A stretch of 64,000 nucleotides of DNA from NCBI GenBank assembly GCA_002773535.1, contig PFAZ01000009.1, positions 34,739 to 98,738 on the forward strand, written 5' to 3'. Source of the stretch: Candidatus Harrisonbacteria bacterium CG10_big_fil_rev_8_21_14_0_10_40_38. Its GTDB lineage: Bacteria; Patescibacteriota; Minisyncoccia; UBA6257; 1-14-0-10-40-38. The translations under genes were made by a program, and so were the position numbers. The notes under the pieces were generated by a model. That model ran no database searches. It was not told where the DNA came from and was given only the letters and a program-made list of their open reading frames with translations. Below are positions 39,216 through 48,137 of this stretch, piece by piece; positions within the stretch are counted from its first letter, which is position 1, and each line of letters opens with the position of its first letter.

Positions 39216-41351
39216 ATGATTACTCTTTCGACTGAACTTTTACGCATCAGGGGCATAAGCCCTTCACTTATCGCCCACCTAAAAAAACTGAAGATTGAAA
39301 CTGTGAGAGACCTTCTTTGGCACTTCCCAACGCGGTATGAAGATTTTTCACGAATCACTCAAATTGCTGATTTGTCGCCTAATCAATCGACGACAGTTTC
39401 TGGTGTAATTAAAAAAGTTTCCAGCAGATATTTACCGCGCAAACGTTTTACTATAGTTGAAGCTGTAATAACTGATAGTACTGGTGAAGTAAAAGCTATC
39501 TGGTTTAATCAACCTTATATCACACGCATACTTAGGCCCGGACTGAAAGTTAATTTTGCAGGTAAGGTTGTTATAGATAAAATTTCCAGAACACTGTGTT
39601 TTTCAAATCCAACACACGAAATTTATAGAGGTTATCAAAAACAAACTCATACAGCTGGCCTTATTCCAATTTATCCGGAAACAAGGGGACTCACATCAAG
39701 AGGAATAAGATATTTAATTCAGCCAATATTAAAAGTACTTCCAAAAATTCCCGATTTTATACCTGAACATATTTTGAAATCCGAGCGTCTTCCGAGTATC
39801 AACAACGCACTCAATTACATTCACTTTCCAAAAAATTTAGGTGAAGTAGAACAGGCAAAGAAAAGATTTTCTTTTGAATCTCTTCTCCTTATACATTTAA
39901 ATAATTTAAAAATTAGAGCCGAGATATCTGGAGAGAGAGCGCATTCATTTTTGTTTAGTGACGGCGAGATTGACCAACTCTTATCGAGTCTTCCTTTTAC
40001 TCTTACAAAAACACAGGTGAGGAGTCTCGAGGAAATATTGGAAGACTTAAAAAAACAAACTCCTATGAATAGATTGCTACAAGGGGATGTTGGTAGTGGA
40101 AAAACCGTTATTGCAGCTATTGCGGCTTTGAGCATAGCAAAAACCGGGAAACAGGTGGCGATTATGGCGCCGACTGAAATACTTGCAAGGCAACATTACG
40201 CAACTTTTAAAAAATTATTTGGAGAAATTATGAAGGAGTGGGGGGTATCCTGCGCATTTATTTCCGGAGGGATATCAGCCTCTGCGAGGAAGCTTATTGC
40301 GGCGAGTATAAAAGCTTCTGAAATAAATGTTGTCATAGGGACACATTCACTAATACAAAAATCTATATCTTTTTCTGATCTGGCTTTTGTTGTTGTTGAT
40401 GAGCAACAAAGATTTGGTGTTGCGCAGAGGGCGAGACTTTTAAATGCATATAATACGGAACCTGTAACCGCTTCAACGAGAAAGACTTCGACTTATCCTC
40501 ATTTTTTATCAATGAGCGCAACTCCTATACCTCGAACTGTTTCTCTTACGATTTTTGGAGACTTAAATATTTCCACAATTGAAGAGTTGCCGAGTGGAAG
40601 AAAGCCAATAGTCACAAAAGTGGTTGATCCCGAAAACAGGGACAAGGCCTACTTATTTATGAGAGAACAAATAAAGAAGGGGAGGCAGGTGTTTATCGTA
40701 TGCCCAAGAATTGAAAATAGTACAGAAACAGAATCTAAGCTTCTTATAGATAAGAGGCAAGTTGAAGTTAAAACTGTGCAGGAAGAATATGACCGATTAT
40801 CGAAAGAGGTTTTCCCCGATCTTCGAGTTTCAATGATTCACGGCAGGATGAAAGCGAAGGAAAAGGATATGATAATGAAACAATTTTCTTCTGGATATAC
40901 AAATATACTTGTTTCAACATCTGTTATTGAGGTTGGTGTTGATGTTCCAAATGCGGCTGTGATGGTGATAGAGGGCGCTGATAGATTTGGCCTTGCACAG
41001 CTTTACCAATTTAGAGGCAGGATAGGCAGGGGGGAGCATCAATCTTTTTGTCTCTTGTTTTCAGAATCTTCCAGCAGCACAACTGCGCAGCGACTTGGCG
41101 CGCTACTTAAAGCTCGCAATGGATTTGAGCTTGCCGAGCTTGATTTAAAGCTTAGGGGGCCTGGGGAATTTTTGGGCGACAGACAGACCGGTATGCCAGA
41201 CATAGCAATGAATGCGCTAATGGATCCCGTACTGATAAGATCGAGTAGGCAGGCGTCAATGAAACTTCTTTCGGAAAGCCCAACCCTTGATTCTTATCCG
41301 TTGCTTAAGGAGAGACTTAGCTTAATAAGATCAGCTACTCATCTTGAATGA
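39216..41351 (+). CDS. recG: ATP-dependent DNA helicase RecG
   Basis: LLQGDVGSGKT, DEQQRFG, MSATPIPRT, QFRGRIGRG, DLKLRGPGE. Start moved to ATG 39216, just after the tRNA. Confidence 0.96.
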   Translation: MITLSTELLRIRGISPSLIAHLKKLKIETVRDLLWHFPTRYEDFSRITQIADLSPNQSTTVSGVIKKVSSRYLPRKRFTIVEAVITDSTGEVKAIWFNQPYITRILRPGLKVNFAGKVVIDKISRTLCFSNPTHEIYRGYQKQTHTAGLIPIYPETRGLTSRGIRYLIQPILKVLPKIPDFIPEHILKSERLPSINNALNYIHFPKNLGEVEQAKKRFSFESLLLIHLNNLKIRAEISGERAHSFLFSDGEIDQLLSSLPFTLTKTQVRSLEEILEDLKKQTPMNRLLQGDVGSGKTVIAAIAALSIAKTGKQVAIMAPTEILARQHYATFKKLFGEIMKEWGVSCAFISGGISASARKLIAASIKASEINVVIGTHSLIQKSISFSDLAFVVVDEQQRFGVAQRARLLNAYNTEPVTASTRKTSTYPHFLSMSATPIPRTVSLTIFGDLNISTIEELPSGRKPIVTKVVDPENRDKAYLFMREQIKKGRQVFIVCPRIENSTETESKLLIDKRQVEVKTVQEEYDRLSKEVFPDLRVSMIHGRMKAKEKDMIMKQFSSGYTNILVSTSVIEVGVDVPNAAVMVIEGADRFGLAQLYQFRGRIGRGEHQSFCLLFSESSSSTTAQRLGALLKARNGFELAELDLKLRGPGEFLGDRQTGMPDIAMNALMDPVLIRSSRQASMKLLSESPTLDSYPLLKERLSLIRSATHLE

Positions 41352-41410
41352 TTCTTATTAACACACAATACTTTGTTTTAGTTAAGCATAACTCCTATAA
41401 TGTATGTAAC

Positions 41411-41653
41411 ATGGATACAGTTCGTCCACCTTCTCCGCTTTCGGAGCGCGATCATAAGCGTTCGCTCATTATTATTATTTTGGCGTTAGCGCTTGTTGCT
41501 GGTTTTATTATTTGGCAGTCGTTTTTTAGAACAGAGCCATATATAAGAGACGGAAATTTATCTGAAGAGGAATATATTAAAAAATTAAAAGAGCCGATTC
41601 CTACGCCTGCAAGAACAATTGACCCGAGTATAATTGATATACTTACACCTTAA
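41411..41653 (+). CDS. Small single-TM hypothetical protein
   Basis: ATG 41411 shortly after a TATAAT; one TM; first gene of the secreted-protein operon. Confidence 0.65.
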   Translation: MDTVRPPSPLSERDHKRSLIIIILALALVAGFIIWQSFFRTEPYIRDGNLSEEEYIKKLKEPIPTPARTIDPSIIDILTP

Positions 41654-41655
41654 AA

Positions 41656-42285
41656 ATGAAATTTTTTGAAAAAAAATCCTGGTTAATCATAAAGACATCT
41701 ATTGCGCTAATTTCTGTTTTCTTTTTTACAACTCTTGTTGCGCGTGGAGGATGGTTTTCAAACGGTGGCAACCCGCCAAACAATCAACCCCCTTTTCCTA
41801 TTACAGTAGGAAGTGATTTAGATTCTTTAGGTGAAGCCCAAATAAAGTCAGGTAAATTAGTTGTTAATTCAAATGTTTCGAACCCTGGAAAAATTGGTTT
41901 GCTTGTGCTGGGCTCTGACACTAGTGGAAAAGTTGGAGTAGGAACGAATGTTCCAGGCCAAGCAAAACTTGATGTTGCTGGAAACGTGGGCATTGATAAT
42001 GATGGGATAATAATCCCACGAAATAAAATTGTTTTAGAGGGTTTTTCTTTGAAGAAGATAACTCAATCTGGAACTGATTCTATGACATGGTCTCCTCAAA
42101 GAGCTTGGATGACTCTTTCTGGAACGCCGGTTGACTCTCCTTCGTGTAGTAGCATAAGGTCCAGTGACAGACCCGGTCCATGCCCTCCAGGATTTCAGAC
42201 GTATGTGTCGAATCAGTGTTTAAAGGCTAGGGATTCTTCTACGGGCAATGATTATGTTATAGCTGTTTCTGTTTGTTATAAATAA
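41656..42285 (+). CDS. Secreted fibre-like protein (GVGT..P..KLDVAG repeat, Cys-rich C-terminal domain)
   Basis: Signal/TM, P..P.T.G..Q.K.G.L, GKVGVGTNVPGQAKLDVAGNV, C-terminal ...VCYK. Confidence 0.7.
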   Translation: MKFFEKKSWLIIKTSIALISVFFFTTLVARGGWFSNGGNPPNNQPPFPITVGSDLDSLGEAQIKSGKLVVNSNVSNPGKIGLLVLGSDTSGKVGVGTNVPGQAKLDVAGNVGIDNDGIIIPRNKIVLEGFSLKKITQSGTDSMTWSPQRAWMTLSGTPVDSPSCSSIRSSDRPGPCPPGFQTYVSNQCLKARDSSTGNDYVIAVSVCYK

Positions 42286-42288
42286 TTT

Positions 42289-42909
42289 ATGAGAGAAAAA
42301 TTTTTAACAATTTCATCGCGATTTATAATTTCTGTTTTTGCTTTTTTGATTTCCGGAGTTTTGGCAGTTTATGCTTTTTCGGAACCAACAAATACCGACT
42401 ACAATCAAAGCATTCCGTCTACATTAAATAACGGGTCTGTAACTCAGCATAAGTTAGGTAATCTTATATTAAATTCTCAAAACTGGTTTGGGGAGGGTCT
42501 TATTGTTTATGATTTTAATAATCCGCAAGACGCCAAGTTTGGGATAGGGACGGAGAATCCGAGCGAGCGATTGCAAGTATTGGGAGATGTTTTTGTATCT
42601 GGGGTTATCAATGTTTTAAATAGTGGTGGTCTTGATTATGGTCAAGATAATCAATTTCTTCTTAGGGTTAGAAACAATCAAATGGATTGGGATTTCAGCT
42701 CTGCGTGGCTTAGCATACCCCAGATAATGACTGTTGATACGAACGGCAATTGCACTGTTGCTATTGCTGACTGCCCAACAGATTGGACTGTTCCTGATTC
42801 GAGAATTTGGAACGAATACGCTTCGTCGGTTGTATATCTTAATAATTGCCCTCTAACCCCGGGAGTTTATATAGGTCGGCAAGCTAAGTTGTGTTATAGA
42901 GCTTACTAA
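42289..42909 (+). CDS. Secreted fibre-like protein, paralogue
   Basis: Signal ending VYA, FGIGTENPSERLQVLGDV, C-terminal CPTDW...KLCYR. Confidence 0.7.
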   Translation: MREKFLTISSRFIISVFAFLISGVLAVYAFSEPTNTDYNQSIPSTLNNGSVTQHKLGNLILNSQNWFGEGLIVYDFNNPQDAKFGIGTENPSERLQVLGDVFVSGVINVLNSGGLDYGQDNQFLLRVRNNQMDWDFSSAWLSIPQIMTVDTNGNCTVAIADCPTDWTVPDSRIWNEYASSVVYLNNCPLTPGVYIGRQAKLCYRAY

Positions 42910-42916
42910 AATTTAT

Positions 42917-44200
42917 ATGAATTTAAATAATTTCAGAAAAAAAATTGGTTTGTCTTTTGTTTATGCATTGTTTTCGGTTTTGTTTATATCTGGATTAGTA
43001 GCTTATGCATATTGGGTTGATCCACTAAGTAATAGCGGGAACATAAGAGCTCCTATAACAACAAGTAGCAGTGGTCAACTTAGAGAGGGGACTCTTACTG
43101 TTGGCGCGATTTCTGTTATGGGTGGAGCTAATACAGGTAAAGTCGTTCTTACAAATAGGGGAACCAATGGCCTTCCTTCTGATGGCGAGTTGGGAACGGC
43201 GAGGTTGTATGTCGAAGGAGATGTGAGAGTGGATAATTTAATAATACCTAATAGAGATCAGGGCTCGGATCCGAGCGACCACCTTCATAAACAAGTTCTT
43301 ACACTCACTGACAAAGATTCTGATTCTTGGGATCCCTGGCATCCTTCAATGGCGTGGGAGCCACAGCTTGCGTGGCTGACAATTGTTTCTAGGGAAAAAT
43401 TGCCTGGTAATTCATGTGGTGATGGAGTGTGCACTGACCCGGAAAACGCTGTCACGTGTCCAAAGGATTGCAGTAGTCAATGTCCATTACCGGGGACACC
43501 GGGTTGGGACGGAAATCAATTTACTTGCATACAACCATATTGCGGTGACTCTGTTTGTCAGAGAGTTGCGGGCTATTTTGAAAAGCCGGCTGGAGCGCCT
43601 GGCCCTGGTAATGTGTGCTTGAATGATTGTGGAACGTGGAGCGGTGATGAATTTCCGCCTGTCTATCCAGGAGGTTTTTGCGGAGATGGCATAGTACAAA
43701 GCGGTGGACCGAGATTTGAGCAATGTGATCCACCGGGAACATCTAGGTGGTATACTCATCCAAACGGCTTGGATTGTCTTGTTGGGTGTTCTGATATATG
43801 TACTGCGTTTAGCTGGTGCGGAGTTTTTCCACCCCCACCACTTGATGGAACACCGACGCCAACTCCATCGCTCGATCCTACGCCAACGCAATCGCCAACT
43901 ATCACTGATTGTAATGACTCCGACTCAGCACTCTCATGTGGAGAGAGGAGATGTGGTAGACCAAGTGAGGTTTGTGTGTCTGTGGGAAGTTCGTGTAGGT
44001 GCCAAGGAACTGGTGGTGGAGTAGAGAGAGACGCGCCGTCAAATCTTGCTTCGTTTATTGATGTGGCTAAGGCTCAAACAAGTTGTGATAACTTGGCTCT
44101 TCCGCAGTTTTGTTCTGATGGATGGCTTGAGCAGGGTCTTTATTGTGACAATGGATCAAATCCGGCATGGGTCAGGGTTTGTTATAGACCAATTGAATAA
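42917..44200 (+). CDS. Secreted fibre-like protein with cysteine-rich CGDG repeats
   Basis: Same N-terminal architecture, ARLYVEGDV, CGDGVC..PEN..TCPKDC and CGDGIVQ...EQCD repeats, PTPTP linker, ...VCYRP. Confidence 0.75.
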   Translation: MNLNNFRKKIGLSFVYALFSVLFISGLVAYAYWVDPLSNSGNIRAPITTSSSGQLREGTLTVGAISVMGGANTGKVVLTNRGTNGLPSDGELGTARLYVEGDVRVDNLIIPNRDQGSDPSDHLHKQVLTLTDKDSDSWDPWHPSMAWEPQLAWLTIVSREKLPGNSCGDGVCTDPENAVTCPKDCSSQCPLPGTPGWDGNQFTCIQPYCGDSVCQRVAGYFEKPAGAPGPGNVCLNDCGTWSGDEFPPVYPGGFCGDGIVQSGGPRFEQCDPPGTSRWYTHPNGLDCLVGCSDICTAFSWCGVFPPPPLDGTPTPTPSLDPTPTQSPTITDCNDSDSALSCGERRCGRPSEVCVSVGSSCRCQGTGGGVERDAPSNLASFIDVAKAQTSCDNLALPQFCSDGWLEQGLYCDNGSNPAWVRVCYRPIE

Positions 44201-44208
44201 AATTCAAT

Positions 44209-45342
44209 ATGAACAGATTTAAATATTTAATAACGTTCTTATCGCTCGCTTCAGTCGCTTTGTTTTTTGTAGTTTTAACTGCTTCCGCTAGTCATTATGG
44301 AGGTCAGGGTAACACAACGACTGGATGGCTCTGGGGAGGATCAACAAATAGTTCCGAGCAGGGATGTAGCGGTATTGGCGCAGGAGCTGATTGTGGAGCT
44401 TTGGGTTGGGGGAGCGCGACTTATTTAAACGGTGGGCTTGTACTTAACGAGCATGAATATGGTCTTTCTATTCCGGATTCCACTTGCAGTGGATTAGGAT
44501 GCAATATTATTGGTGGTGTGTGGTTTTCAAATGTTGGTTGGGTAAATTTTCAACCGGCTGGAGGCTTTCCATCTGGGGGATGCAATCCTGCATGTCCAAA
44601 CCATGGGGTTAAGAGATCGGGCAACGGTATTATAGGTTGGGCTAGGGTTGAGAGCATTCGTGAGGCAGCGGCTGGTTCTCCACCAAATAATGGTGGCTTT
44701 AGTGGATGGATTAAGATGAGTGGGATTGCCCAAAATAGTTCTTCTTACGGAGTGTCGATTTCACCAGAAGGCCACCTTGGAGGCAAGGCGTGGTCAGATG
44801 AATTTGGATGGATTGATTTTGATGTTAACTATAGTGGAGGAGGTCCTCCGCCACAGAGCTACTGCAATCCTACTAACTTTACGTGTGACCCGAATTTAAC
44901 GAGTGGCGTGCCATGTACGAGCAATAATGAATGCGATGCTTATGTCCACTATCAATGTGTGAATCAGGATTGTAGACAAGTATGGGGGGATCCGGGAGAT
45001 CCAGATACCTGTTCAAGCCCCAATGACTGTAATGGAGGCGGAGGAGGTCTTGTAGTGACATGTTCCGGAGCACCTGACCCAGCGTTTCTATCTAAAGGAG
45101 GGGACGTTACATGGACGCCTGTTGTAACCGGTGGTCAGGGAGATATAACTTACGCGTGGACATTTATGCCGCCTCCTGCAACACGAACTGATCTTGGGGG
45201 AGGAAAAGTACGCGCAGTTTATGATTCAACTGGTGTTAAAGATGCTTCAGTAACTGCAACGGATGAAGATGGTTTAATAGGCTCTGGTGATTGCTCTGTA
45301 AATATGAGGTGGTCACAGCTTCAGGAGACGATTCCTTTCTAA
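44209..45342 (+). CDS. Secreted GWxW-repeat protein with C-terminal PKD/Ig-like domain
   Basis: Signal ending ASA; GWLWG, VWFSNVGWVNF, GWAR, GWIKM, AWSDEFGWIDF; TYAWTF...ASVTATD. Confidence 0.75.
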   Translation: MNRFKYLITFLSLASVALFFVVLTASASHYGGQGNTTTGWLWGGSTNSSEQGCSGIGAGADCGALGWGSATYLNGGLVLNEHEYGLSIPDSTCSGLGCNIIGGVWFSNVGWVNFQPAGGFPSGGCNPACPNHGVKRSGNGIIGWARVESIREAAAGSPPNNGGFSGWIKMSGIAQNSSSYGVSISPEGHLGGKAWSDEFGWIDFDVNYSGGGPPPQSYCNPTNFTCDPNLTSGVPCTSNNECDAYVHYQCVNQDCRQVWGDPGDPDTCSSPNDCNGGGGGLVVTCSGAPDPAFLSKGGDVTWTPVVTGGQGDITYAWTFMPPPATRTDLGGGKVRAVYDSTGVKDASVTATDEDGLIGSGDCSVNMRWSQLQETIPF

Positions 45343-45376
45343 GAGAAAAGAAAAATGAACAAATCAAAACCCCTTT

Positions 45377-46000
45377 TTAGAGGGGTTTTTGATTGTCTGT
45401 ATTTATATTTTCTTTGGCTTCAAATTTTTTGGTTAATACCTTACCCATTATGCGGCTCCCGATAATAAAGGTGAGGAATAATATAATAACGAAGGCCCAT
45501 ATTCTATGCAGAACCCATCCAATACCGACTAGGTCTATAAAGGAACCGAGTATGACGCCTATGGTTGTCAATATGCTTAACCATAGAAGGCCTGTGGCGA
45601 AGTGGATTTTTAAAAATTTCCTGTATGGTAGTTTATGCCACCCTGCAAGAAATGGCCCGATTCTATTTACATATGCCACAAATTTTCCAAAGAATGCGAA
45701 TACTGTATACCTGCCGATAAAATTTACATCAAGCCACTCGTGATATTTTTTAAACTTTCTTGTGAACCAAGTTCCAAATCTCGTTTCTCTGGAATATCTT
45801 CCTAAAAAATAAAAACATATATCGCTTAAAATCATTCCCCCAAAGGCGATACCTGCTACGATAAACCAGTTTAATTGCTTGCTATGAGCTAAGAGGGCGG
45901 CGCTTAGATAGAATATGTCGCTATCTATAAACATCCCGCCTAAGAGGATGAGGTAGGCGGTTAGTTGATGGTTGGCTATAAATATTTCAAATGAACCCAT
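45377..46000 (-). CDS. DedA family membrane protein
   Basis: G.ILSD.CFYFLGR, FFGKFV, PFLAG..KLPY.KF. Confidence 0.8.
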   Translation of the reverse strand: MGSFEIFIANHQLTAYLILLGGMFIDSDIFYLSAALLAHSKQLNWFIVAGIAFGGMILSDICFYFLGRYSRETRFGTWFTRKFKKYHEWLDVNFIGRYTVFAFFGKFVAYVNRIGPFLAGWHKLPYRKFLKIHFATGLLWLSILTTIGVILGSFIDLVGIGWVLHRIWAFVIILFLTFIIGSRIMGKVLTKKFEAKENINTDNQKPL

Positions 46001-46010
46001 ATAATTGAAC

Positions 46011-46547
46011 TTAGTTTTGTACTTCAATCATCATAATGTGTTCGTTAAAGTCTTGGTAGGGATTATATACTGTTTTAATATGACTAAACCCCGCTTTTTC
46101 GAAAGATTTTACTGATGGCGTATTTCCTTCATCGGGGCCGGCGATGCAACGGGGGAGATTGAATAATTTTACTATTATTTCTTTTATAAATTTTTTAATA
46201 ATTTCACTCCCAAGGCCTTTGCCAAGATACTCTTTTTCACCGATAAAAAGGTCTATACCAGAAGCGTCGAAAGATAGGTCTAATAATTTTTGATATTTTG
46301 GAGAATCGGAAAGTTTCCATGTTTGGATATAGCCGATTATTTTTTGGTTGTAAAGAATAATAAAAGGTTTAACTTTTTCTGTGTCTATTCCATCTATTCG
46401 TTTTCCAAATTTTTCTTTTACTTCTTTTTCTGAAACCAATCCTTCTGGATAGTACGTTCCTTGGATGTGTGCCATATTGAGCCATTTGTGGAGAAGGAGA
46501 AGATCGGTATGTTTTAGGGGTCTAAAAGAGATATTAACTGGTGACAT
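46011..46547 (-). CDS. GNAT acetyltransferase, AAC(6')-like
   Basis: FRPL..DL.LLHKWLN..HI, IGYIQ, GIDLFIGE..YLGKGLG, N..S...FEKAGF. Confidence 0.82.
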   Translation of the reverse strand: MSPVNISFRPLKHTDLLLLHKWLNMAHIQGTYYPEGLVSEKEVKEKFGKRIDGIDTEKVKPFIILYNQKIIGYIQTWKLSDSPKYQKLLDLSFDASGIDLFIGEKEYLGKGLGSEIIKKFIKEIIVKLFNLPRCIAGPDEGNTPSVKSFEKAGFSHIKTVYNPYQDFNEHIMMIEVQN

Positions 46548-46561
46548 ATAGTATTTTTCGG

Positions 46562-46633
46562 GGTGGGTGAAGGGAATCGAACCCTCATCACCGCTGCCAC
46601 AGAGCGGCGCTTTACCACTAAGCTACACCCACC
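46562..46633 (-). tRNA. tRNA-His(GTG)
   Basis: Encoded G-1, anticodon arm CCGCT-CTGTGGC-AGCGG, C73. Confidence 0.93.
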
Positions 46634-46954
46634 ATGAGCTTTATTAATGTACACTATTACTATTTTTTTTTCAAAAAAAACGAGGCCTGCTTTGCGCAAG
46701 GCCCCTATGGAACAGGGCTTTCGGCCCTGGGGTGATATAGAGTTGGTTGTGAAGTAGCTGATCTAATGATAACGCATTTGAAGAGCCGTACAAGGACGGG
46801 GTGTGGATAAGTTTAGATGGTGATAGGAGTTGTATACCAAAGCAGTCTCATAATCCGTTTAAGAGCTTATTAAATAATATTGATTGAGGTTATGGTAATG
46901 ATTTTGGGTTTACCCTGAGTGAGCCTTGTTTATAAAACAAGGCGAATCAAAGGG

Positions 46955-47231
46955 TGCCTGGGCGGTGAATCGAACACCGGACGCCAGCCTCTTCCGAGAG
47001 TTGGACTATATCATCATCCCGTAATTACGGGAGCTGGGCGCTTGTGCGAGTTTATTGTTGGGACTCACCCGCTAGTCTCTACACCTTCCGGAAAACCTAT
47101 GCCCTTTCCGGCTTGGCTCGGGATTGTACTTTAAAAAGTCTTTCCCCGAATTCACCCAGTTTTTAATCATGTATTACTACAAGATGCCCCAAAGAGTTTA
47201 GGGCTGCGCTCTACCACTGAGCTACCCAGGC
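46955..47231 (-). tRNA. tRNA-Phe(GAA), interrupted by an intron (exons 47231-47200 and 46994-46955)
   Basis: Joining the exons gives GCCTGGG...CAGCC-CTGAAGA-GGCTG...CGGTGTTCGATTCACCG-CCCAGGC-A. Confidence 0.92.
46995..47199 (-). ncRNA. Group I intron (IC3-like), 205 nt, inserted after U33 of tRNA-Phe
   Basis: P GAAUUCGGGGAA, Q AAUCCCGAGCCAAG, R GUAGAGACUA, S GAUAUAGUCC, terminal G; P1 GCCCU/GGGGC with a U.G pair; P10 CUCUUU/GAAGAG. Confidence 0.92.
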
Positions 47232-47259
47232 ATTCTGACATCAGTCAGTGGTTTGTATT

Positions 47260-47955
47260 CTATAGGAAATTTTTAATTCCTTCAATATGTCCCATGATTT
47301 TGTGATAGAGCTTTGTATTATTAACTCTAACCTCTAATGTTCCGTACGGAAGACGATTAAATGGTCTTTTGTTTAAACTTGATTTACTTATTCCATAGTA
47401 TGATTTTTTAAAGTTTTCTCGGGGAAAATTTGTAATATTTTGCCAGAATTTTATTAGTTCTTCTTCATTTTGGTGTTCAAATATTCTAATGCTTAATTTA
47501 ATGTCTTTTTTAGGGATATTATAGATTTCTATTAAAAACTTTAGAAAAACTTTAATTAGTATTGGATCTGAATTTGTTAGCGAAACTGGATGACTCGTAA
47601 GAGGTCTACCATTTCTTGTTTTTTGTCTTTTATATCCTTCCGCCCAATATAATGCAGTTCCTGCAATCAGAAGGTCTTTTTTTGAAAAATTTGTTATTTC
47701 ACTAGCTCCTTCTTTTTTGAGTTCTAAAGCCCTTTTTTGAGCTTGTATGGTTTGATATTTATTTCTTTTAATAAGTGCTTTTAGTGATTTTTTTTGTGTT
47801 CTTTTGTTGATTTTTTCTAATGTATTTTTTGAGAGTATTATTTTAGAAAGCCAGTCAGAAAGCGTTGACTTTGGGACACCAATACTTTCATTAATTTCTC
47901 TATAGCTTTTTCCTAAAAGCCTTAGTTTAATTGCTGATTCTTTATCTTTTCTCAT
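47260..47955 (-). CDS. HTH plus LAGLIDADG-like domain protein (putative homing endonuclease or maturase)
   Basis: N-terminal HTH (GKSYREI...VPKSTLSDWL); C-terminal ALYWAEG.K...SLTNSDP.LI..F..FL; very basic and AT-rich. Confidence 0.7.
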   Translation of the reverse strand: MRKDKESAIKLRLLGKSYREINESIGVPKSTLSDWLSKIILSKNTLEKINKRTQKKSLKALIKRNKYQTIQAQKRALELKKEGASEITNFSKKDLLIAGTALYWAEGYKRQKTRNGRPLTSHPVSLTNSDPILIKVFLKFLIEIYNIPKKDIKLSIRIFEHQNEEELIKFWQNITNFPRENFKKSYYGISKSSLNKRPFNRLPYGTLEVRVNNTKLYHKIMGHIEGIKNFL

Positions 47956-48137
47956 TTTGGTTATCGCGCCAACTACTTTAAGTGTAGTATATGCAGTTCT
48001 ATTTTAAAATTTAAAGGGCTTTTTGAAAATAAAAAAAATTATCGTCAACGTGTTAGCAACTTATAATTTTTGCAATTTTTCCATGGGGTATAATGAGTTT
48101 ACTAAAGGCCTTTTTTATTCACCAAATTAACAAAAAT

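Noticed and set aside
41656-45342. Prophage tail module
   Set aside because: The proteins have signal peptides and many cysteines, and there are no capsid, terminase or integrase genes.
46919-47134. 71-aa ORF
   Set aside because: Antisense to the tRNA-Phe exon and group I intron.
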